Part shown: positions 25,060-32,000 of the stretch, one piece after another
Numbering within the stretch: the stretch's first letter is position 1
How the letters are laid out: every line of letters begins with the position of its first letter
Origin: Candidatus Pacearchaeota archaeon
GTDB lineage: Archaea > Nanobdellota > Nanobdellia > Pacearchaeales > UBA284
Direction: 5' to 3'
Assembly: GCA_026016245.1 (NCBI GenBank)
Contig: CP061211.1
Span: forward strand, 30,001 to 62,000
DNA length: 32,000 nt
Notes under the pieces: generated by a model
What the model was told of the DNA's origin: nothing
Database searches by the model: none
Seen by the model: only the letters and a program-made list of their open reading frames with translations
Program-made: the position numbers and the translations under genes

Positions 25060-26349
25060 ATGACATTGGGACTTATACCTCTTATCTTACTTGCTGGTGG
25101 AAATGAACCAGAAGCAACAATTCCTGATACATGTTATGTTTGGGAAGATATAACAAAAAAAGGAACTGTTGTGTGGGTAAAAGGATTCTATGGTTATGCT
25201 TTAGGCGAGAATCGTAAAGAATCTCTTGAAGAGGATTACCCAAGATGGATCAATCCTTTCTTATTAACACATGGATATCCTGCTTTAGATGTAACTTATG
25301 ATCTTATCATAGATTCTGAAAAAGCCATCAAATCAGAACACGATTATCAAAATGGTGTGAAATCCTACACCTTTCCTATGTGTCATGATGCTTTCATAAG
25401 AAGAGTAGTTGAGCCAGTAGAGCAAAAACTCATAGAAGAACCAAAAAAACCAAAAATAAAACAAGATACTACATTTTTGCCACCAGTAGTATTACAAGAC
25501 ACTACTAAAGGACCAGATATTGTTATACAAGACACTATACCAGGACAACCGATTATTGTACAAGATACTATAATATTAGAACCAGAAATATTGTCACTTC
25601 CTGAAGGCCCAAAAGGATTATTCGCGATGGATAAAAATTTTGGAAGTATTGGTGTTTTTTACAGAGATGACAGAGAAAGAGATGAAAAATATTTGGCCAT
25701 GAATCCAAAACTAAATTTCTTTATCCCTCTAGACAAGAATAAAGCAGATATAGGATTAGGAGCTTATGTTTTAAATAATGAGAAGGGTGATGAGAATTTT
25801 ATAGGTAAAGGTCGTGCTGGTATCCACACATCTTATGCAGGTGGTGGTGTTGAGATTTCAAGTGATATTGATGGAAGAGTTGATGTAGGACCTTATGCAG
25901 TTGTTGGAATTCCTCTACAATATGTAACTATTGGTGCAAAAGGAGAAGTAGGTATTAATGCTAATGAAAATATAAAGATGAGGCCTTCACTTGAAGGTTT
26001 TATTTTTTACAGAGCTCCTAGAGATAATTTCAGATTCAAATTGAGTGCGAGAAATGGTGTGGATCTTCTTAAAGGACATTATGTTAACAAAGCTAATCTT
26101 GATTTTATGATAGGCTCTTTACTTTTTGGTTTAGAAGGAAAAACAAACAAGGGAGCAGAGATATGGCCTCATGAAGAAGTGGGAAATGTTATAAAGAGTA
26201 TTGAAGGAAAAGCCTATATTGGCGGAAGATGGAAATTAGACAAAAATACTGGTCTTTATCTAAAAGGCCATGTTTCAGGAAAACATGATAGAGATAGAAC
26301 ATTGAAGGCAGTTGAAGGTGGAATTGAATTAGGTTTAGATTTCTATTAA
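25060..26349 (+). CDS. Secreted/anchored protein with Pro/QDT repeat linker and beta-barrel-like C-terminal domain
   Basis: Track start 24979 (GTG) lies upstream of the TATA box. ATG 25060 gives MTLGLIPLILLAGGNEPEAT. C-terminal ~240 aa is rich in alternating-hydrophobic strands and ends AVEGGIELGLDFY. Confidence 0.7.
   Translation: MTLGLIPLILLAGGNEPEATIPDTCYVWEDITKKGTVVWVKGFYGYALGENRKESLEEDYPRWINPFLLTHGYPALDVTYDLIIDSEKAIKSEHDYQNGVKSYTFPMCHDAFIRRVVEPVEQKLIEEPKKPKIKQDTTFLPPVVLQDTTKGPDIVIQDTIPGQPIIVQDTIILEPEILSLPEGPKGLFAMDKNFGSIGVFYRDDRERDEKYLAMNPKLNFFIPLDKNKADIGLGAYVLNNEKGDENFIGKGRAGIHTSYAGGGVEISSDIDGRVDVGPYAVVGIPLQYVTIGAKGEVGINANENIKMRPSLEGFIFYRAPRDNFRFKLSARNGVDLLKGHYVNKANLDFMIGSLLFGLEGKTNKGAEIWPHEEVGNVIKSIEGKAYIGGRWKLDKNTGLYLKGHVSGKHDRDRTLKAVEGGIELGLDFY
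25459..25590 (+). repeat. Degenerate QDT(T/I) tandem peptide repeat region
   Basis: KQDTTFLPPVVLQDTTKGPDIVIQDTIPGQPIIVQDTIILEPEI: four QDT units at 11-13 residue spacing; related but diverged DNA units. Confidence 0.6.
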
Positions 26350-26492
26350 GATTTAGATTAAATTTAAAATTTTTTAGAATTATTTAGCAGCCATTCTTCT
26401 CTGCTTTCTCTTTCTCTTTTCCCTCTTCATACGTTTTCTCTGCCATTTCCATCTCATCTGTTTCTTTTTTTTCCATCTTCTGCTTGATCTCT

Positions 26493-26762
26493 TCATTTTC
26501 TGAAAGCTTTCTTGAATTCTCTTGCTAATTCAGAATTAATTTTCTGAATCTTGGCAATTGTGTCAGCAAGAATTTTTTTTGAATCTTTTCCAGATGTTTT
26601 TAAAACTAATCGGGGATTTTTAGTTGGGTGTTTTCTACTCCAGGCAGCAACTTCTGTGGCTTTATCTTTCCATAACATACTCCTAAGAAGTTCAGCCATT
26701 GTAAGATTATCTAATTCAATTTCAAGCTCATTCTTTTTGTATTTTATTAACTTGACTTCCAT
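26493..26762 (-). CDS. rpoL: DNA-directed RNA polymerase subunit L (Rpo11)
   Basis: MEVKLIKYKKNELEIELDNLTMAELLRSMLWKDKATEVAAWSRKHPTKNPRLVLKTSGKDSKKILADTIAKIQKINSEL is diagnostic of archaeal Rpo11. Track start 26780 is 6 codons further upstream. Confidence 0.9.
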   Translation of the reverse strand: MEVKLIKYKKNELEIELDNLTMAELLRSMLWKDKATEVAAWSRKHPTKNPRLVLKTSGKDSKKILADTIAKIQKINSELAREFKKAFRK

Positions 26763-26790
26763 CTTTATTATAAAACTCAAGAAATCCTAT

Positions 26791-27426
26791 TTAAATTTTT
26801 TCCTCTTCCCGTATCTCCTTCATTACCTCTTCCCCCACTTCTTCTTTCTCTTCTGCTGGCTTTTCCTCTACTTTCTCTATTTCTTTATCTGTTCTTTTCA
26901 TCCTTTCTAGCAAATCACGAATTCTCGTATGTTTTGTTGTTTCTATATTAAAGTCTATGGTTTCTTCTTTTTTTTCTGCTGGCTCTCCTTTCTCTTCTTT
27001 TTCAAGGTGCTTTATAAATTCTTTTTCATCCAGAACTTTTTCTTTCTCTTTCTTTTCTTCTACCTCAGTTTCTGCCTTTTCTTTTTCTTCTTTCTCTTTA
27101 AGCAATCTTCTTCTTTCTTTCACTTTTTCATATCTCTTTCTAAGATCTTCAAGAGTTACTTTTGATGACGGTTTTTCTAATGGTTTTGGTTTAAATCCAG
27201 ACATTTCTTCTAAAATTTCATGCACAGAACGTCTTGGAATATCTTCTTCCCTAACATCAAGTGGTTTTTTTATTAATATTACAGGATTTGCTATGACACA
27301 TCTCTGACAGATTTTTTTAAGTTTGCCATCTATAACAGCACTAACAAGAACACCCCTATAGCCACATTCCTCACATTCCTCTTCCTTATTAATGTTCATA
27401 GATTTTATGGACTCAAACATAAACAC
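26791..27426 (-). CDS. Zn-finger protein with long charged coiled tail
   Basis: CEECGYRGVLVSAVIDGKLKKICQRCV (CxxC...CxxC) followed by a conserved-looking segment and a K/E-rich tail. Confidence 0.65.
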   Translation of the reverse strand: MFMFESIKSMNINKEEECEECGYRGVLVSAVIDGKLKKICQRCVIANPVILIKKPLDVREEDIPRRSVHEILEEMSGFKPKPLEKPSSKVTLEDLRKRYEKVKERRRLLKEKEEKEKAETEVEEKKEKEKVLDEKEFIKHLEKEEKGEPAEKKEETIDFNIETTKHTRIRDLLERMKRTDKEIEKVEEKPAEEKEEVGEEVMKEIREEEKI

Positions 27427-27483
27427 AATAATATTTTTAACTTTTAATATCTTACGGTTTTTTATTATAGAGTTACAATTATT

Positions 27484-28545
27484 ATGTTATCCATAATATT
27501 ACCAACAAAAAATGAAGCAACAAATATTAGGAATCTTTTTAATAGAATTTCTAGAATAAAGAAAAAGATTGGAGATTTTGAGATAATCCTTGTTGATAGT
27601 GATAGCAAGGATAACACTATCAAAGTAGCTAAAAATTTTAGTAGAGTTTATAAATTAAAAGTTCAAGTTTTTAATTCTGGTAAGAAGGATTTGAGTAATT
27701 CAGTTCTTGTTGGTTTAAAAAAAGCTAAAGGCAGTATTGTTTGTATAATGGATTCTGATTTGCAGCATCCTCCAGAGATGATCCCTTTAATGATAAAGAC
27801 CTTGAATAGAGAGAATGCTGATATCATAATTGCTTCAAGATTTGTTAAAGGTTCTAAACTTAGATTTGGACCCTGGAGAATCTTTGTTTCAAAGGTTTAT
27901 TGTTTACTTGCACATTTATTTATTCCTAAATCTTTGTATATCAAGGATCCTGCAACTGGCTTCTTTGTTTTCAGAAAAAAAATTCTGAAGAAAGCAAGAT
28001 TAAGGCCTCTGGGTTTCAAAATTCTTCTAGAGATTCTGGCAAGAGCAAAATATGATAAAGTTATTGAGGTTCCTTTTTCATTTAAAGAAAGGAGAGAGGG
28101 AAAGAGCAAATTTAATTTCAAGCAGACTTTTATGGCTTTCAGGCATTTGCTTAGACTTGCCAAAAGTGGAAGAGAACATTATCGTTTCTTGAAATTCTGT
28201 GCTGTTGGAGCTAGTGGAATTGTAGTGAATGAAGGCCTGCTTTGGCTTTTGACAGAGTTCGCTGGCCTATTTTATCTTATATCTGGGGCTATTGCTATTG
28301 AATCTTCTATCTTATCTAATTTTATTTTGAATGATTTATGGACTTTTAGAAAAGAGAGAAAAGGAAAATACTTGAAAAGGCTCTTGAGGTTTAATGTAGC
28401 TAGAATTTTTGCATTGGGTATTAATTTTTCAGTCTTATTGGCTCTAACTTCTTTAGGTGTGCACTATCTTATCTCTAATCTTTTTGGTATTGTTCTGGCT
28501 ACCATGTTTACCTATCTCAGCAGTTTATGGTGGGTTTGGAAATGA
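27484..28545 (+). CDS. Dolichol-phosphate mannosyltransferase-like GT2 with C-terminal GtrA-like membrane domain
   Basis: SIILPTKNEATNIRNLF, DFEIILVDSDSKDNT, MDSDLQHPPEMIP, ASRFVKGSKL (GT2/DPM1). FLKFCAVGASGIVVNEGLLWLLTE...LWTFR (GtrA-like). Confidence 0.9.
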   Translation: MLSIILPTKNEATNIRNLFNRISRIKKKIGDFEIILVDSDSKDNTIKVAKNFSRVYKLKVQVFNSGKKDLSNSVLVGLKKAKGSIVCIMDSDLQHPPEMIPLMIKTLNRENADIIIASRFVKGSKLRFGPWRIFVSKVYCLLAHLFIPKSLYIKDPATGFFVFRKKILKKARLRPLGFKILLEILARAKYDKVIEVPFSFKERREGKSKFNFKQTFMAFRHLLRLAKSGREHYRFLKFCAVGASGIVVNEGLLWLLTEFAGLFYLISGAIAIESSILSNFILNDLWTFRKERKGKYLKRLLRFNVARIFALGINFSVLLALTSLGVHYLISNLFGIVLATMFTYLSSLWWVWK

Positions 28546-29897
28546 AAAAAAATAAGAAAAAAGAATTTATAATTATAGGAATTTTCCTTCTAGTCCTTTT
28601 AATTTTATTTTTAATTCTCAATTGGTTTAGTCCTATGTTATTATGGGATGAGAATGTTTATCTAGGAAATGCAAGAAGTCACATTTCTAATAGTGCATTT
28701 ACAGAGGATTTTAGATTTCCTCTCTTAGAGTATCTTATAGCTTTTGCATGGTTTTTTTCTGGAGAAAGTATTTTTATTGCTCAGCTGATTATTATTCTTT
28801 TTAGTCTTGCATCAGTTTTTTTTCTTTATCTTATAAGCAAAAGATTTTTTTCAGAGAGATTTTCCTTTCTGCTTTGCTTCTTCTTTGCTTTATGCCCTTT
28901 AATTCTTTTTTGGGGTTTTCGTGCTTATGCTGATATTCCTGCAATGTTTTTTGTTATCCTCTCATTTTACTTCTTGTTAAAATCAGAAAAAAATAATAAA
29001 ATTATTTTTCTAGCTTTAGCTGGCTTTGTGGCAGCTCTTGCTTTCTTAACTAGGTTTCCAACTGCTTTATTTGCTTTATCTGCTGGCCTTTACTTTATTT
29101 TCAAAAAAAGATTTAAAGATTTAGGTATTTTTACTCTTTTTTTTATTGTTGCTCTTTTGCCTTGGCTTACATGTAATTATTTGAGTTATGGAAATTTTAT
29201 ATGGGACCTTCAGGAGCAGTATCTTGTGATAAGTAAATGGACTTCTTCTGAGCCTATAATCAAGCAGATAACTAACCTATTTGTCTATATTAATTTTTTA
29301 ATCCCTTTACTATTGCTTCTTGGAATTTATGTTACAATAAGAAAGAATGAAAAATTTAATTTATTAATTTTGATTTATGTTATCTTGTCTTTTATTTATT
29401 ATCTCTTTTTTGTTAGGCTGAAAGATGCTCGTTATTATCTTACATTTTTACCCTTCATTTATCTTATTTCTTTTCAAGGCTTATATTATCTGAAGAAAAA
29501 GAAAATTTTTAGATATGTGTTTATGATTCTGATTATTATTCTGGTTTTAAACACTGTGTTTATTTTTGGTTATTTGGCTGGTAAGAATTATTGTGAAAAA
29601 AATAGCTCAATTACTCAATCTATAAATTATTTAAAAGGTGAAGTAGATGTAGATGATGTTGTGTTGAGTAATGTTTGGCCTTGGTTTGGTTATCATCTTA
29701 ATGTTAAGGTCTTTAGTTTATGGGATAAAAATATTGGGATATTGCTGGAGACGTATGAACCGGTTTATGTTGTTTATTGTGATGGACTGGGCATAGAATA
29801 TGAAAAAGAAATTCTTGATAATTCTACAAATCTGAAATTAGAACAAGTTTTTAGAGGAAGATGTGGAGAGAAAGTTTATATTTATAGAGTAATTTAA
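28542..29897 (+). CDS. Polytopic glycosyltransferase, PMT/ArnT-like (GT39/GT83 type)
   Basis: WDENVYLGNARSHI...YRLPLLEYLIAFAW-like first loop, RFFSERFSFLLCFFFALCPLILFWGFRAYADIP, many TMs. ATG 28542 overlaps the preceding TGA (ATGA); track start 28527. Confidence 0.75.
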   Translation: MKKNKKKEFIIIGIFLLVLLILFLILNWFSPMLLWDENVYLGNARSHISNSAFTEDFRFPLLEYLIAFAWFFSGESIFIAQLIIILFSLASVFFLYLISKRFFSERFSFLLCFFFALCPLILFWGFRAYADIPAMFFVILSFYFLLKSEKNNKIIFLALAGFVAALAFLTRFPTALFALSAGLYFIFKKRFKDLGIFTLFFIVALLPWLTCNYLSYGNFIWDLQEQYLVISKWTSSEPIIKQITNLFVYINFLIPLLLLLGIYVTIRKNEKFNLLILIYVILSFIYYLFFVRLKDARYYLTFLPFIYLISFQGLYYLKKKKIFRYVFMILIIILVLNTVFIFGYLAGKNYCEKNSSITQSINYLKGEVDVDDVVLSNVWPWFGYHLNVKVFSLWDKNIGILLETYEPVYVVYCDGLGIEYEKEILDNSTNLKLEQVFRGRCGEKVYIYRVI

Positions 29898-30589
29898 TCA
29901 AGATCTTCAAAAATTTCTTCAAATTCTTCTTTTGGATGGAATCCTATGTAAACCTTGTTATTCATCACAGTGCTAGGTAATGTGTTGATGCTGTAAAGTT
30001 CTTTTAAGCTATTTATTATTCCTAGATCTAAATCACCATCAATAGAATAAACTTTAATTTTTTCATAACCATACTTATCTGATAAATAACTTAAAATATA
30101 ACCTTGTTTTTCTGATTCACCAATATTTTCTTTCTTATTTGAATAAAAGAATAAGATAATAGTATAATCCTCTTCACATTTTTCAATTCTTTTTCTGATA
30201 AGTAGATAATGCTGTATTTGTAATAAGGTATAAGGCTTTTTTAATTCAATAACTCTTTTGTCATTCTTCCCTAACTGATTTTCAAGCATTATTATTCGTG
30301 TTCCTAAATTATCTATTCTCTCTCCTAGTGCATAGAGAAAATAAGTGCCACAAGGATTATATTCTGCCAGGGCATTTTGCAATTCAATATCAAGCATTTC
30401 TAATCTTATGTCTTCCTCTGTTGTTGTTATAGATTTCATCTTACTTGATGTGACTGCTGAACCTATGAGGATGCCTATAATGAAGAACAAAGTAGCTAGG
30501 GCAATTGCTAAGAGATATCTCTCTAAGGATAATCTAGACTTTTTGACTGTTTTTGTTCCCCTCTTTCTCTTTCTTATCTGAATGACCAT
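29894..30589 (-). CDS. N-terminally TM-anchored protein with thioredoxin-like C-terminal domain lacking CxxC
   Basis: TM LLAIALATLFFIIGILIGSAV. C-term YTIILFFYSNKKE...ILSYLSDKYGYEKIKVYSIDGDLDLGIINSLKELYSINTLPSTVMNNKVYIGFHPKEE resembles a thioredoxin fold with the cis-Pro LPS/T. Confidence 0.6.
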   Translation of the reverse strand: MVIQIRKRKRGTKTVKKSRLSLERYLLAIALATLFFIIGILIGSAVTSSKMKSITTTEEDIRLEMLDIELQNALAEYNPCGTYFLYALGERIDNLGTRIIMLENQLGKNDKRVIELKKPYTLLQIQHYLLIRKRIEKCEEDYTIILFFYSNKKENIGESEKQGYILSYLSDKYGYEKIKVYSIDGDLDLGIINSLKELYSINTLPSTVMNNKVYIGFHPKEEFEEIFEDLD

Positions 30590-30610
30590 CTTATCATCTT
30601 GCTTTTGGAA

Positions 30611-30629
30611 TTTATAAAAATTTATATAG
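30611..30629 (-). promoter_or_regulatory. AT-rich TATA region for 29894..30589
   Basis: Plus-strand text tttataaaaatttatatag, about 25-35 nt upstream of the minus-strand ATG at 30589. Confidence 0.4.
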
Positions 30630-30651
30630 AGAAAAGAATATTTTGGATTTG

Positions 30652-31758
30652 TTAATATTTTACATTAATACCCTTATAACTAAGAATTCTAATTACTGAA
30701 GAATCAATTCTTTTTTCATCAATAATACCATCTTTTACTGCTTTTTCAATGATTTTTATCATATGATAAATATTTTTTATGTTTGGGTCAGTATTAAGAA
30801 TGATATCATTATCAGCTTTGAACAGATCCATATACATCTGATCTTCATTTGTATAATAGTCTCTTAATCCTAACATTCTGATTTCATCTGTGATTATTAA
30901 TCCATCAAACTTATTTCTTAATTCATTTGTCAATTGTTCTGAAACAACAGCTGGCTTTGATTCTGAATTTAAAATTCCTTCTGTGATTACATGTGAAACC
31001 ATAATAGCAGACACATTACTTTTGATACTTTCTTCAAAAGGAAATAAATCATTACTATCTATTTTAACATAAACAACATATTTATGAGGATCTTGAATAG
31101 AAAGTGTTTTTCCTGGATAGTGTTTGGAAGTTGCAATAATGCCATTTAATTGTAGGCCATTAATATAAGCATTAGCTTTTTCTGAAATTTCTTCTGGCGT
31201 GCCAATAAAACTTCTACAATTCCATATTTCATCCTTAAGGTCAACTACTGGAGCAAAATTTATTGTAAATCCTAAGGTTTTAAGTAACTTCCCTTCTTCA
31301 TAACCTACCTGATAGGCTTCTTCTTTAGTTTTAATTTCTTTCAGAGAAGGAAAATGATGGAAGTTTTCAAAAGGATTCCAGCAGCCTTCTAAATCAGTAG
31401 AAATAAATAAAGGGATATAAGCGTCTTTTTGGAAATAATTAATTTTATCAATAAATTCTTGAGCATTACTTTTTGCACCAAGATGAATTCCCCCTATTAA
31501 CATGTTCTGCAAAGCATTTTTATTTTCTTCTTTCCCAGATGTAATGATCATTTGGGCAATTTTTTGTTTCAAGGTTAAGGAATTAAGATATAGGGTATTT
31601 GTGGATTTATCATAAATGACCTTGGTTGGAGGTTGAATTTCAAGGGGTTTATCTTTTTCAAAATTTATAAAAACTAAAATTAGACACAATATTATAAGCA
31701 GAAAAGTTAAAAGAATCCCTATATTGATCTTGCTTATTTTATTTGATTTTGACATCAT
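30652..31758 (-). CDS. Glycoside hydrolase family 3 (NagZ-like) membrane-anchored enzyme
   Basis: Signal/TM KINIGILLTFLLIILCLILVFI. LTLKQKIAQMIITS, FISTDLEG, LGFTINFAPVVDL, ASKHYPGKTLSIQDPHKYV, VMVSHV-like IMVSHVI, GLIITDEIRMLG (putative nucleophile region). Confidence 0.85.
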   Translation of the reverse strand: MMSKSNKISKINIGILLTFLLIILCLILVFINFEKDKPLEIQPPTKVIYDKSTNTLYLNSLTLKQKIAQMIITSGKEENKNALQNMLIGGIHLGAKSNAQEFIDKINYFQKDAYIPLFISTDLEGCWNPFENFHHFPSLKEIKTKEEAYQVGYEEGKLLKTLGFTINFAPVVDLKDEIWNCRSFIGTPEEISEKANAYINGLQLNGIIATSKHYPGKTLSIQDPHKYVVYVKIDSNDLFPFEESIKSNVSAIMVSHVITEGILNSESKPAVVSEQLTNELRNKFDGLIITDEIRMLGLRDYYTNEDQMYMDLFKADNDIILNTDPNIKNIYHMIKIIEKAVKDGIIDEKRIDSSVIRILSYKGINVKY

Positions 31759-31984
31759 AACCTTCTTTTTTGCAATAATTAAAAATTTTGTAATTTATTA
31801 AATAACTATAGTCAGAACTTTCAGAGATATAACAATACAAGTCAAAATTTTCTGAATCTATTTTTTTGCAATTAAGTTGTTTTTGCAATTCATAACAACA
31901 CCTATTTATGTCTGATATCTCACCCAACTCATCAACATTTTGAAAATAACATTTAGGAGAAGACATATCTAAATTATAAATCAT
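31739..31984 (-). CDS. Small Cys-containing hypothetical protein
   Basis: 81 aa, SD-like AGGAG just before ATG 31984. Its 3' end overlaps the GH3 gene start by 20 nt. Confidence 0.5.
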   Translation of the reverse strand: MIYNLDMSSPKCYFQNVDELGEISDINRCCYELQKQLNCKKIDSENFDLYCYISESSDYSYLINYKIFNYCKKEGYDVKIK

Positions 31985-32000
31985 ATCTCCTGTAACTGAA

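Noticed and set aside
26551-27307. Plus-strand Phe/Ser-rich ORFs (26551..26910, 26929..27165, 26957..27307)
   Set aside because: Antisense of rpoL and the K/E-rich coil protein; composition artefact.
1-32000. CRISPR array, tRNA, rRNA, transposon or terminal inverted repeats
   Set aside because: Intergenic gaps are short (mostly under 140 nt). By eye I saw no regularly spaced direct repeats, no tRNA-like CCA/T-loop (GGTTCRAAYC) segments and no transposase-like protein. tRNAscan-SE/Infernal should still be run to confirm.

Overview
This is an AT-rich archaeal window. Evidence: Rpo11/RpoL, archaeal-type ArgS, a PAC2-family protein, a TrmB regulator, a THUMP protein, an Era-like GTPase/DUF2073/Zn-ribbon trio, and many TTTATAAA-type TATA boxes about 20-30 nt before start codons. 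The overall look is DPANN/Woesearchaeota-Pacearchaeota-like, but that placement is inference. The left third (2..~11825) is a block of large secreted or membrane-anchored, mostly Cys-rich proteins. It includes Big_2-like repeats, a PKD domain, an alpha/alpha-toroid-like domain fused to tandem Cys repeats, and a giant protein with an internal TM bundle and four Cys-paired Ig-like modules. Three of these proteins start with prepilin/class-III-like signal sequences. This block is my best candidate for an undescribed surface system. The rest is mostly information-processing and modification genes (GTPase/DUF2073/Zn-ribbon, argS, MiaB-like methylthiotransferase, trmB-like regulator, ileS, THUMP, rpoL) plus envelope glycosylation genes. 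Other notable items: an IleRS with both class I signature motifs altered (GVHH instead of HIGH, EMHKS instead of KMSKS); a secreted protein with outer-membrane-beta-barrel-like sequence texture in an archaeon; a novel HTH-bearing ORF; and a GH3 family hydrolase with a modified His/Asp loop. I saw no rRNA, tRNA, CRISPR array or mobile element. All product calls are from sequence recognition only; no database search was run.
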